64,000 nucleotides of DNA from positions 16,500-80,499 of the forward strand of contig JALWQW010000019.1 of assembly GCA_026982895.1 (NCBI GenBank), given 5' to 3'. The stretch is from Candidatus Micrarchaeota archaeon. Its GTDB lineage: Archaea; Micrarchaeota; Micrarchaeia; Anstonellales; J096. The stretch's first letter is position 1. The number at the start of each line of letters is the position of its first letter. The notes below the pieces were generated by a model. That model made no database searches. It was not told the DNA's origin and saw nothing but the letters and a program-made list of their open reading frames with translations. The position numbers and the translations under genes were made by a program. Below, one piece after another: positions 54,399-63,091 of the stretch.

Positions 54399-55493
54399 AT
54401 GAGCATTTTAGAGAGAATAAAGGCGATAGAGGATGAAATCGCTAAAACGCAGTACAACAAAGCAACAGAGCATCATATTGGTATTCTAAAGGCTAAGCTG
54501 GCCAAACTAAAAGCCCAACTGGAAGGCCATGCTAAGAGAGGCGGCGGAAAAGGATTCGCTGTCAGAAAAGAGGGGGATGCCACAGTTCTTTTACTGGGGT
54601 TGCCTTCTGTAGGAAAGAGCACTCTGTTAACTCGTCTTACAGGTAGGGAGAGTAAAGCTGCTAATTATGCCTTCACTACCTTAGACCTCATACCTGCTAT
54701 GCTCCATATTGATGGACTGAATATACAGCTTCTTGACGCTCCGGGTATTATAAAAGGGGCTAGCAGCGGAAAAGGTAGGGGCAGGGAGGTTTTGACCATT
54801 GTTCGCTCAGCAGATTTGCTTTTGGTAATTTTGGATGCCAAAAAAGCAGAGGAGGAATGGAATATTATAAAGGAAGAGCTTTATCACTCCGCCGTTAGAA
54901 TCAACGAGGAGCCTCCGAAGGTTTATATAGAGAAGAAGCACCAAGGTGGTATAGAGATAATGGGCAGAGCCAAGAGGTTTGGCGTCAATAAGAAGACAAT
55001 TGTGAGCGTACTCAACGAGTTTGGAATACATAATGCCAATATCATAATCAACGAGCGCATAGATGTTAATAAGCTCATAGACGCTCTTGCAGGCAATAGA
55101 TACTACACAAGCGCCCTAATAGTGATAAACAAAATAGATAGTGTGGGTGAAGAGCGTCTTGAAGAGCTCAAGAAAAAATTCCCTAATAACATATTTATCT
55201 CCGCTCAGAAGGGGATTGGCATGGACGACTTAAAAAGGGCTATAACTGAAAATCTTCGCTTAATAAGGGTCTATACAAGGGATGAATATGGCGAGGTTGA
55301 TAAGGACGAGCCTCTAATACTGAAAAAGGGCTCGACGGTGAGGGATTTTTGCAGGGCCATCCATAAGGATTTGCTCCGCAATTTTCGTTGGGCGCAGGTT
55401 TGGGGTCCATCGGCGAAGTTTCCTGGACAGAGGGTTGGCCTTGAACATAAATTGGAGGATGGTGATGTTATTTTTGTTAAGGCCTATAAATAA
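54399..55493 (+). CDS. DRG-family (OBG-like) GTPase with TGS domain
   Basis: TQYNKATEHH, GLPSVGKST, YAFTT, DAPG, NKID, TGS with GPSAKFPGQRVG. Confidence 0.95.
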   Translation: MSILERIKAIEDEIAKTQYNKATEHHIGILKAKLAKLKAQLEGHAKRGGGKGFAVRKEGDATVLLLGLPSVGKSTLLTRLTGRESKAANYAFTTLDLIPAMLHIDGLNIQLLDAPGIIKGASSGKGRGREVLTIVRSADLLLVILDAKKAEEEWNIIKEELYHSAVRINEEPPKVYIEKKHQGGIEIMGRAKRFGVNKKTIVSVLNEFGIHNANIIINERIDVNKLIDALAGNRYYTSALIVINKIDSVGEERLEELKKKFPNNIFISAQKGIGMDDLKRAITENLRLIRVYTRDEYGEVDKDEPLILKKGSTVRDFCRAIHKDLLRNFRWAQVWGPSAKFPGQRVGLEHKLEDGDVIFVKAYK

Positions 55494-55550
55494 TGGCAAA
55501 TTTTTCAACATTTAAAGAGCATTTAAAAGCTTTTTCCTTCATTTTTTGCC

Positions 55551-55772
55551 ATGGCATTCAAAGGGCAATTATCTGCGGAGATGGTTATTCTCCTAATAGT
55601 CGTTATAGCAGTTATAGCAATCGTTGCCAGCAATCTTTTACAGGGAGCTAAGAGTGCTAGCGGCACATTTGTTAATAAGACAAATCAAATCGTTGGCAAT
55701 GTGAATAAAACATGCATCCTCGATACTGATTGTCCTAGCGGACAGCATTGTGTGAGTGGTGTATGTAGCTGA
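55551..55772 (+). CDS. Class III signal peptide pilin-like protein with a C-terminal 4-Cys motif
   Basis: MAFKG|QLSAEMVILLIVVIAVIAIV; C-terminus CILDTDCPSGQHCVSGVCS. Confidence 0.8.
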   Translation: MAFKGQLSAEMVILLIVVIAVIAIVASNLLQGAKSASGTFVNKTNQIVGNVNKTCILDTDCPSGQHCVSGVCS

Positions 55773-55776
55773 TAAA

Positions 55777-56112
55777 ATGAAAGCTCAAGTTTCTGTAGAG
55801 TTTTCTCTTCTTTTTTTAGTCTCTCTTGTTTTAGTCGCTATGACAGTGGCGGCGGTGCAGTATATGTCTTCAAATTATGGCAAGCTTTTAGAAGACAAAA
55901 AACATCGCTATGATGTAGATAGGTTACAGGTCCGAGCTGAAGAGGTATGTTTAAGCGGAGTTGGAAGTAAAAGAGAAATCATTCTCCTCACAAATGTTTC
56001 ACAGAGCGAGATTAAAGTTGATAACTGCAATGTCCAAATAACCGATGGCTATGGCAAAGTTCTTCTTGAAAGGAAAGATGGCAATGTTGTAGCTATAACA
56101 CATATAGGTTAA
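55777..56112 (+). CDS. Class III signal peptide pilin-like protein
   Basis: MKA|QVSVEFSLLFLVSLVLVAM; start moved to ATG 55777. Confidence 0.78.
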   Translation: MKAQVSVEFSLLFLVSLVLVAMTVAAVQYMSSNYGKLLEDKKHRYDVDRLQVRAEEVCLSGVGSKREIILLTNVSQSEIKVDNCNVQITDGYGKVLLERKDGNVVAITHIG

Positions 56113-56121
56113 TTATATCTG

Positions 56122-56886
56122 TTATCGTATATAGCTTAAGTCTTTATCATGGCCGCCCTGTGTTTTTTCAAGCTCTTCTTTGAGCTTCTTCATGAAATCT
56201 TCACTCGCCTTAACGGATTTGTCAAGATCGCTGTAATCAAGTTCTAATCCCAGATATTTTGCAAGTATTTCTAGGACTCTTTTAGCAGAAGTGGCATCTG
56301 CAAATGCTCCGTGGGTCTCGCCCATAAGGCAGATGGCCGGTGTGCCCTTGTATTTTGCTAATGACGGCAATAAACCTGCCATTCCGACTATAGAACCCTT
56401 GGCTTTGCCGAATATGACTCCTCTCTTAGAGAGCTCTGCAATGTGAGCTGTATTGTTAGCGACGCCGAATACAGAACGATTCTCTTCCAAATTTCCTGTG
56501 GCATAACCACCCATCGTTATAATCTCATCCACATTGAACTTCTTGGCAAAATTAAGTATTTCTAAAGCAACTTCGAATTGTCCTTCTGGCGTTGGCGGTT
56601 GTATGTCTCCTACGACGACTATAATGTCTTTTAGCCCCTTTGTAGGCACATGATAAAAGTTTATTCTTAGGGGCTTCAAGAGACCTTTTTTTGTCATGAG
56701 TGCTTGAGCTGGAAAGTGGCTGCTTAAAAGGGTGGCGAATAATTTGCCCTTGCCTTTTTTTATTATATATCTAGCAGCAATCCTTCCTATGAATCCTATC
56801 CCCGGCAAGCCCAACAGCAGCACCGATGGCTTATCCTTTGGAAAATTAATCTTTCGCGTCTTTATTATTGTTGTCATTACAACCAC
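56122..56886 (-). CDS. PAC2-family proteasome assembly chaperone
   Basis: GLPGIGFIGRIA, GDIQP, ITMGGY, IVGMAGLL, CLMGET; synteny after nop10. Confidence 0.9.
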   Translation of the reverse strand: MVVMTTIIKTRKINFPKDKPSVLLLGLPGIGFIGRIAARYIIKKGKGKLFATLLSSHFPAQALMTKKGLLKPLRINFYHVPTKGLKDIIVVVGDIQPPTPEGQFEVALEILNFAKKFNVDEIITMGGYATGNLEENRSVFGVANNTAHIAELSKRGVIFGKAKGSIVGMAGLLPSLAKYKGTPAICLMGETHGAFADATSAKRVLEILAKYLGLELDYSDLDKSVKASEDFMKKLKEELEKTQGGHDKDLSYIR

Positions 56887-57031
56887 CTATGCGATAAGTA
56901 GAAAGGAGGAGACTCCTTTTAAAACGGGGTGGGTGAGCAACAACCGTTGGCTTTGAACAGTGCTCAAATTTAAGGGTATATGCTCCGCAGATGACGCACC
57001 GTCTTATACGCATCTCCTCATCAGTCCTCAT
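56846..57031 (-). CDS. nop10: H/ACA RNP protein Nop10
   Basis: IRRC..CG.YTLK..HC...T..AHPPRF. Confidence 0.88.
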   Translation of the reverse strand: MRTDEEMRIRRCVICGAYTLKFEHCSKPTVVAHPPRFKRSLLLSTYRIGGCNDNNNKDAKD

Positions 57032-57797
57032 GCTCTACAAACTCTAGTCTCGCAGCGACCTTCGAGAGTGTATTTACAGCTGCCTTGGCGGAGTTTATGC
57101 GCTTCTTCATACTCTTATAATCATCGCCGTCCCATTCGAGAAGAAAATGTCCTGCTCCTACATACATTAAACCGTCAACATATTTCTCGGCTTTTTTAAG
57201 CGCTTCTTTAATGAGCTCAATTCCCTTCTCACCAGGCACTTCTATGAATAAGTCTTCCTTTATTATTATGCGCTTTGGTTTATAGCTCCTTTTAACTAGA
57301 GCTTCTAGAGCAGCGCTTAGCTTCGGAGATAAGCCCATCTCTTCAGCCGCCGCTTTACCCTCATCGAAAACATCTAACATAAAGTCATAAATGTTATCAT
57401 AATCGGAGAGTATCTTTGCTTCGATATCCTCCACTTTTTGCCTGCTCTTGGCATGTTTTAATGCCATTTCAAGAATTTTTCTGCTTTTCTTTAAGTTGGC
57501 GTGCAATTCTAATATCTTTCTCCTTTCCTCTTCTGTTACTTTCCTTAGTGATATATTGGCTACGCCCTTATTCCTATCATATTCCATGACTTTAGCGACT
57601 GTTTTTTGCCCTACTCTAACATAATCCTTTATGTTTTTTATCCACTTGCTGCTTACTTCCCTTATAGGCAGAAATCCTTCTACGCCAGGGTATTCATCAA
57701 GTTGAGCTACAGCGCCGTATTTCATAACGCGCGTTATGGTTATGATGACAAGCTCTCCTTTGTGAGGCTCTCTCTGTGGCGTTTTTTTCTTAGTCAT
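57021..57797 (-). CDS. eif2a: Translation initiation factor 2 alpha subunit
   Basis: P..GELV, YGAVAQLDEY, EVSSKWIKNI.DYVR.GQ..V.KV, ISLRKV. Confidence 0.95.
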   Translation of the reverse strand: MTKKKTPQREPHKGELVIITITRVMKYGAVAQLDEYPGVEGFLPIREVSSKWIKNIKDYVRVGQKTVAKVMEYDRNKGVANISLRKVTEEERRKILELHANLKKSRKILEMALKHAKSRQKVEDIEAKILSDYDNIYDFMLDVFDEGKAAAEEMGLSPKLSAALEALVKRSYKPKRIIIKEDLFIEVPGEKGIELIKEALKKAEKYVDGLMYVGAGHFLLEWDGDDYKSMKKRINSAKAAVNTLSKVAARLEFVEHED

Positions 57798-57960
57798 ACT
57801 CTTCAACAATTTCGCCTTCCACTAGGTGGGCCTTTCCGCCTGTGGGCTCAACGAGTACTGCGCCGCAGCCCGTGCAGACAACTTCCCTAGTGGCGTGAGA
57901 GAAGATTACCTGAACATTCCCGCATTTTTTACATTTTACTTTCCAAAATTTGCTCGCCAT
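57790..57960 (-). CDS. rps27e: 30S ribosomal protein S27e
   Basis: Not in the ORF track. MASKFWKVKCKKCGNVQVIFSHATREVVCTGCGAVLVEPTGGKAHLVEGEIVEEYD. Confidence 0.95.
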   Translation of the reverse strand: MASKFWKVKCKKCGNVQVIFSHATREVVCTGCGAVLVEPTGGKAHLVEGEIVEEYD

Positions 57961-57971
57961 AGTTCAGCACC

Positions 57972-58253
57972 TCATTTCTTTATCTCGACCTTCTTTCTGG
58001 TCCTAGCGCCCATAACCATTGGGTGCTTTTTCTTACAGACGGTGCATGTAAGCATGAGCACCTGCCTCTTAGCCTGCTTATCCACATCCTTTTTACCGGC
58101 CCTTTTACCGCCGTGTCCTGTAAGCTTTCTTGCGTGTCTTAATTCACCCTTGGCCAGCGTCCTGCGTTTGCCCTTCGAAGCTGCCTTCACTGTATGTACA
58201 GTGTGAGCATTGCAGTGTGGACAATAGGTTCTAATTTCTTTTGGCACCTTCAT
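57972..58253 (-). CDS. rpl44e: 50S ribosomal protein L44e
   Basis: MKVPKEIRTYCPHC..HT.H.V, CTVCKK; synteny. Confidence 0.95.
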   Translation of the reverse strand: MKVPKEIRTYCPHCNAHTVHTVKAASKGKRRTLAKGELRHARKLTGHGGKRAGKKDVDKQAKRQVLMLTCTVCKKKHPMVMGARTRKKVEIKK

Positions 58254-58410
58254 AGTATCACCATAATGTTGCTCTATTTACAAGCATAGGTTTTAAATAG
58301 CTTTGCGGTGTGACTCAAATCTTATTTTAAGGAGAATACCTTTTCGTCTCCATTGGGGGATTTTACCTCTACTGAATCGTATATATTAGCAACTGCATTT
58401 TGTATTATCC

Positions 58411-59466
58411 TCACCATCTTCTCAACCTATCGAGTTCTATTTGCGCTGCAAGAGGGGAAAAATCAAAATAACTGAATGTGTCATGGAGGTCTTTGATGAG
58501 GTCCCATCTCCATTCTCCTATGTGCCTAAGGAAGGCCGGCACGCTCATTTTGTTATACACTAATTCGAAGGGTTGGTCTTTGCCATCTTTCTTTAGGTTT
58601 TTGATTGGCGTGTTTCTATATGTGTATGGTATCTGAGAGTGTCTATGGGTTGATATTGTGTAGATGGCATCTTTTGGGCTTAATATGATAACTTGTCTAT
58701 CCTTCATTGTGAGCTTGATTTTGTTTTTTGAGGGTGATATGTCCTCTATATCCTTTATTCTGTATCTCTTTATTCTTCCGACCAATAATCTGCTCGTCTT
58801 ATTTGTGGGAGCGTAATAAAAGTAATCTGAGAGCTCAATGAGAAAGATTCGCCCGTCTTTTACATAGTTTGGCGCATCTTTGATGAAATCCTCTGTGATT
58901 TTGACATTATCTCCTTCACTAATCTTGTATTCGAGAAGCTCTGCAACAGGCTCCTCTAAAAGGTATATTATCAGAAGAGCCCCCACTACTTTTAAGATGT
59001 CCTCGATGGCGCTTGCCATGGTTTTTGGATGAAAGACAATGTTAATAACAATAAAAATAGCAACTACTGTTACACTAATTTTGAATAGATACCATAATGA
59101 GATGATTAGCCACCTGAAGAGGAGATATAATAAAAATATAACAATATCCCAAAGAGAAGACCTTCTCGAACGATGCCTTTCTTTTTTAATTGGCGTTATC
59201 AATACATCTTCTACTATTTTTCCCAGAGCCGGCGAATAGAAGCTTAAGCGGATTGTCCCATTTGGCCGCTTATAGAAACGCATGCTCTCCATTGCTTCAT
59301 CGTCTAGCCCATAATCCTCCACAAATTTGTTAAGTTGGTATTTAGAGATTTTGCCGTCGCTGAAATTTATATCCATCTTGAATAAGCTTTTAATTCCGCT
59401 CTTTAATTGTTCTATGAGCTTAGCCCTTTCTTCCCCCAATATCTCCTTTTCGCCTCTTTTTCGCAT
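58411..59466 (-). CDS. Hypothetical membrane protein
   Basis: Central hydrophobic helices, no recognised family. Confidence 0.5.
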   Translation of the reverse strand: MRKRGEKEILGEERAKLIEQLKSGIKSLFKMDINFSDGKISKYQLNKFVEDYGLDDEAMESMRFYKRPNGTIRLSFYSPALGKIVEDVLITPIKKERHRSRRSSLWDIVIFLLYLLFRWLIISLWYLFKISVTVVAIFIVINIVFHPKTMASAIEDILKVVGALLIIYLLEEPVAELLEYKISEGDNVKITEDFIKDAPNYVKDGRIFLIELSDYFYYAPTNKTSRLLVGRIKRYRIKDIEDISPSKNKIKLTMKDRQVIILSPKDAIYTISTHRHSQIPYTYRNTPIKNLKKDGKDQPFELVYNKMSVPAFLRHIGEWRWDLIKDLHDTFSYFDFSPLAAQIELDRLRRW

Positions 59467-59612
59467 TGTTTAACTCTTGTGAAGAAATGTTAAAAAGCGT
59501 GGTTGCTATGTCTTTACAGAAAGATTTATCTAACAATAGACTATATTTATAAAGGTTTCCCTACACCTATACAGCAACCCGTTTCACCACTAGGGAGTGG
59601 GAGGGATGTATT

Positions 59613-60248
59613 ATGGAATTGGATAAGAGTAAGATAAAAGGCGCTATTGAGAAAGCCCTTGAAGATAAAGGTAAGAGGAAGTTCAAGCAGAGCTTAGAGC
59701 TAATCTTGAATTTTAGGTCTATAGACTTCAATAAGCCTGAGAACCGTATAAACGCCCAGGTTAAACTGCCTAAAGGCAAGGGGAAGCCGAATAAGCTTGT
59801 AATCGTTGCGACAGATGCAGTAGCATATGAGCTTAAGAAAAAATTCGGCGATGAAGGCAAGTTTTTAACCCTTGCAGAGGCTGAAAGCATGTCTCCCAAG
59901 GAGGTTAAAGCTCTTGCTAAGGATTATTACTTCTTCGTTGAACCAAAACTTATAGGTCAGGTGGCTAAGGCTTGGGGTCGCATTCTTGGGCCTAGAGGTA
60001 AAGCGCCAAGGCCATTGATTGGAAAGCCGGAGGATGCTGTCAAGAGTGCTAGGGATACTATTCGCATACAAAATAGGGGCAAATATCTACCTACTCTCCA
60101 AGCACCTATTGGCTCTGAAGATATGAGTGTAGAGGATTTAACTGAAAATGCAATGACAGTATTCGAGGCAATTACTAAAAAAATTCCGTCGGGTAACATA
60201 AAAAATGCCTATGTGAAGCTTACAATGGGTAAGCCCGTTAAAATATGA
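59613..60248 (+). CDS. rpl1: 50S ribosomal protein L1
   Basis: KRKFKQSLEL, GRILGPRGK.P, KLTMGKP. Confidence 0.96.
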   Translation: MELDKSKIKGAIEKALEDKGKRKFKQSLELILNFRSIDFNKPENRINAQVKLPKGKGKPNKLVIVATDAVAYELKKKFGDEGKFLTLAEAESMSPKEVKALAKDYYFFVEPKLIGQVAKAWGRILGPRGKAPRPLIGKPEDAVKSARDTIRIQNRGKYLPTLQAPIGSEDMSVEDLTENAMTVFEAITKKIPSGNIKNAYVKLTMGKPVKI

Positions 60249-60257
60249 GGTGATTGA

Positions 60258-61109
60258 ATGACTGAGAGAAAAGCAATATCTGAGAAGAAAAAGGCTGCCA
60301 AGGAATTGGCGGAGAAAATAAAGAAATATCCAAACATCATTCTCGTTAATCTTAAACATACACCGACAAAGCTCGTTCAAAAGTTGAGGAAGAAACTCAA
60401 AGACGACAAAAATGCTTATGTTTCTGCCCATAGAAAGGCAGTCCTTCAACACAGCTTTGAGGAGGCTGGCCTTCCGAAGGAGATGGTCAATGCTGTGGAT
60501 TTCCCTGCAATGGTTATTCTTGTGGATGAAAATCCATACAGAGTTAATCTCCTCTTTATGGGCAATAAGCTTGATGTGGCTGCCAAAGCAGGCGATGTTG
60601 CTCCTTTTGACATCGTTGTTCCTGCAGGAGAAACTGACTTAACACCGGGTCCAACGCTTAGCCAGTTAAAGATGGCGGGCATTCATGTCAAAATTGACAA
60701 GGGCAAGATTGTCGTCGATAAGGATTCCGTTGTTGCCAAAGCAGGCGATGTTATAACGCCTGAAAAGGCGCAGGCCCTTCAGGTTTTAGGCATAAAGCCC
60801 TTCAAGGTTGGCATGACTGTAAGCTATGCCTACGATGGGAAGACGCTCTTTACACAGGATGTTCTCAATTTATCCTTAGAGGATCTCAAAGCAGGTTTAG
60901 AAGAAGCTTTACAACAGTCACTCAACGCGAGCATAAATGTGAATTATCCAACATCGCAGAATGTGAAGGTCCTCCTAACCCAGGCCATACGCCAGGGTTT
61001 AAACGCTGGTCTAAACGCCTCTTATTACTCGGAGGCTACTATAGACCAATTATTAACATCTGCCATAAGGCAGGCTAATGCTCTTCCCAAAGGAGAGGAG
61101 GGTGGCTGA
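60258..61109 (+). CDS. rplP0: 50S ribosomal protein L10/P0
   Basis: AKAGDVAP.DIVVPAG.T...PGP, L..LGIKP; synteny. Confidence 0.95.
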   Translation: MTERKAISEKKKAAKELAEKIKKYPNIILVNLKHTPTKLVQKLRKKLKDDKNAYVSAHRKAVLQHSFEEAGLPKEMVNAVDFPAMVILVDENPYRVNLLFMGNKLDVAAKAGDVAPFDIVVPAGETDLTPGPTLSQLKMAGIHVKIDKGKIVVDKDSVVAKAGDVITPEKAQALQVLGIKPFKVGMTVSYAYDGKTLFTQDVLNLSLEDLKAGLEEALQQSLNASINVNYPTSQNVKVLLTQAIRQGLNAGLNASYYSEATIDQLLTSAIRQANALPKGEEGG

Positions 61110-61124
61110 AGTTAAAGAGGTGAA

Positions 61125-61445
61125 ATGATGACGAAGGTAGATCCATATTTGCATGCCGTTCTTGTATTGTTCGGCGCAGGCAAAGAGGTTAGTGCTGATG
61201 CTATTTTGGCAGTTGTAAAGGCAGCTGGAGCTGAGGCTGACGAGGCTAAGGCGAAGGTGTTGGCTGAAGCTGTTAAAGATGTAAGCATAGAAGAGCTTGT
61301 GAAGGAGGCTGCTGTTGCTCCTGTTGCCGCTGCTCCTGCCGCTGCACCCGCCGCTGGCGCTGCAGAGGAAAAGAAAGAGGAGAAGAAAGACGAGGGCAAG
61401 AGTGAAGCTGACGCAGCTGCCGGTTTAGCCAATCTCTTTGGCTAA
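61125..61445 (+). CDS. rpl12: 50S ribosomal protein L12/P1
   Basis: Ala-rich hinge and C-terminal AAAGLANLFG. Confidence 0.95.
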   Translation: MMTKVDPYLHAVLVLFGAGKEVSADAILAVVKAAGAEADEAKAKVLAEAVKDVSIEELVKEAAVAPVAAAPAAAPAAGAAEEKKEEKKDEGKSEADAAAGLANLFG

Positions 61446-61529
61446 TCTTTTCCCTTTTTTATTTTATGTATCGAATTATATTTTTTTACATTTTTTTGAG
61501 CTCTTTCAGCTTCCTTTTAAAATATTTTT

Positions 61530-61913
61530 ATGTACACCTTGAGTATGCCTATTTTTATGAGTGATATAGAGAAGGAGAGCAATCCAGATATTAGGCGACT
61601 AAAAGCCCTTATCATGGATGCTCTTTCAGCTGTCAAAGACCCTGAAATAGGTGTGGATATTGTCAATCTAGGCCTAATATATGGTATTGAAATTGATGAG
61701 AAAAAATCCTCCGCCAGGGTTAAAATGACCCTCACGACGCCAACCTGCCCTTATGCCGGCGTGCTTTTGGCGGAGATAGAGCAAACGCTCTCTGCTATAG
61801 AAGAATTGGAAGAGATACATGTGGACCTTGTTTGGGATCCGCCTTGGACTGCAGAGATGATGAGCGAAAAAGCAAAGCTTTTGTTGGGATACCATGGCGA
61901 CAATAACCTTTGA
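61530..61913 (+). CDS. DUF59 (MIP18/SufT-like) Fe-S assembly protein
   Basis: VKDPEIG.DIVNLGLIY, MTLTTPTCP, VWDPPWT..MMS. Confidence 0.9.
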   Translation: MYTLSMPIFMSDIEKESNPDIRRLKALIMDALSAVKDPEIGVDIVNLGLIYGIEIDEKKSSARVKMTLTTPTCPYAGVLLAEIEQTLSAIEELEEIHVDLVWDPPWTAEMMSEKAKLLLGYHGDNNL

Positions 61914-62640
61914 CCTGCCTAAAAAAGCAAAGGACAAGCCATCCTTGTTTTTAGGTGTTTGGGGGGCGAAAGGAGGTGTCGGCAAGACGACACTCGCCAT
62001 AAATTTAGCGTATTCATTGGCCGAGAAGCTTAAAGTTGGCCTTCTTGATGCAGATATAGATTGCCCCAATGTAGCAGAGTATCTTAGCATAAAGGAGCCT
62101 CTTGTGGGGAGCAGCGAAGAGAATATTATATATCCCCTCATACACAATGGCGTCCAAGTCGTTAGTTTAGGTATGATAACGAGCGACACTCTTTTGTGGA
62201 GGGGCGCTCTCTTAACTCAAGCGATTGAACAGCTTATATATAAGGTTAAGTGGAAGGCTGATATTGTCATTGTAGATTTGCCGCCAGGCACTTCGGACAT
62301 CCCCTTAACATTATTGAGCGATATTGGCTTGGATGGCCTTATTTTGGTTACAACACCCTCTAAATTGAGCATATCCGATGTCGAGAAAAGCTTAAAGGCT
62401 GCCAATCGTCTAGGCATCGATGTTCTAGGCGTTGTTGAAAATATGGTTGGGGATATCTTTCCTTCAAAGAGAGATGAATTAGAAGAGAAACTTCCTTATT
62501 TAGGCTCCTTGCCATTGTCGCGAGATGTTGCTGAAAGCACCGAACATTCAGCCCTTATTTATAGGGACTATGATGTTTTTAAAGACCTCAATCAAAGGAT
62601 TTTAGAGTGGTACCATGCGCATAACGACAAAAAAAGGTGA
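61894..62640 (+). CDS. Mrp/ApbC/Nbp35-family P-loop ATPase lacking the CxxC motif
   Basis: KGGVGKTT, LLDAD, WRG..L, VDLPPGTSD, VTTP, GVVENM followed directly by VGDIFP. Confidence 0.85.
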   Translation: MATITFDLPKKAKDKPSLFLGVWGAKGGVGKTTLAINLAYSLAEKLKVGLLDADIDCPNVAEYLSIKEPLVGSSEENIIYPLIHNGVQVVSLGMITSDTLLWRGALLTQAIEQLIYKVKWKADIVIVDLPPGTSDIPLTLLSDIGLDGLILVTTPSKLSISDVEKSLKAANRLGIDVLGVVENMVGDIFPSKRDELEEKLPYLGSLPLSRDVAESTEHSALIYRDYDVFKDLNQRILEWYHAHNDKKR

Positions 62641-63091
62641 TAGCGGCGAAACATCTCTTTTAGGAGAGCGCGTCTCTAAAGCAGACCCTCGTTTGGAGGT
62701 TATAGGAAAGCTCGACGAAGCCATAGTTTTTTTGGGCATGGCGATATCTAATACAGATAACTCGTCGTTGGAGATAAAGCTAGAAAAGTTGGAAACTTTT
62801 TTGCATAAATTTATGGGTGAATTGGCAGGAGCTCCCGAAGTATCTGAAAGTTTCATGTCTTATCTTGAAAAGGTTGTCGATAATGATATTGAGCTTAAAG
62901 GGTTCCTCCGCATTCGAGGCAACTCAACCTACTTGCATCTAGCCCGTACAAGCGTTCGCGAAGCTGAGAGGATTGCTGTAAAACACAACTTCCCTAAAAA
63001 ATATGTAAAACTCCTAAACCGCCTTTCGGATGCTCTCTTTCTATACGCTTACGAATTGCAGAAAGACGAGGGTTTATTGGAATATTTCTAA
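62615..63091 (+). CDS. pduO: PduO-type cob(I)alamin adenosyltransferase
   Basis: TKKGDSGETSL, G.LDE, LARTSVREAER, LNRLSDALF. Confidence 0.9.
   Translation: MRITTKKGDSGETSLLGERVSKADPRLEVIGKLDEAIVFLGMAISNTDNSSLEIKLEKLETFLHKFMGELAGAPEVSESFMSYLEKVVDNDIELKGFLRIRGNSTYLHLARTSVREAERIAVKHNFPKKYVKLLNRLSDALFLYAYELQKDEGLLEYF

Noticed and set aside
59575-59612. L1 autoregulatory site in the rpl1 leader
   Set aside because: A weak hairpin covers the SD, but the GGAG-stem/asymmetric-loop pattern of known L1 targets is not matched convincingly.
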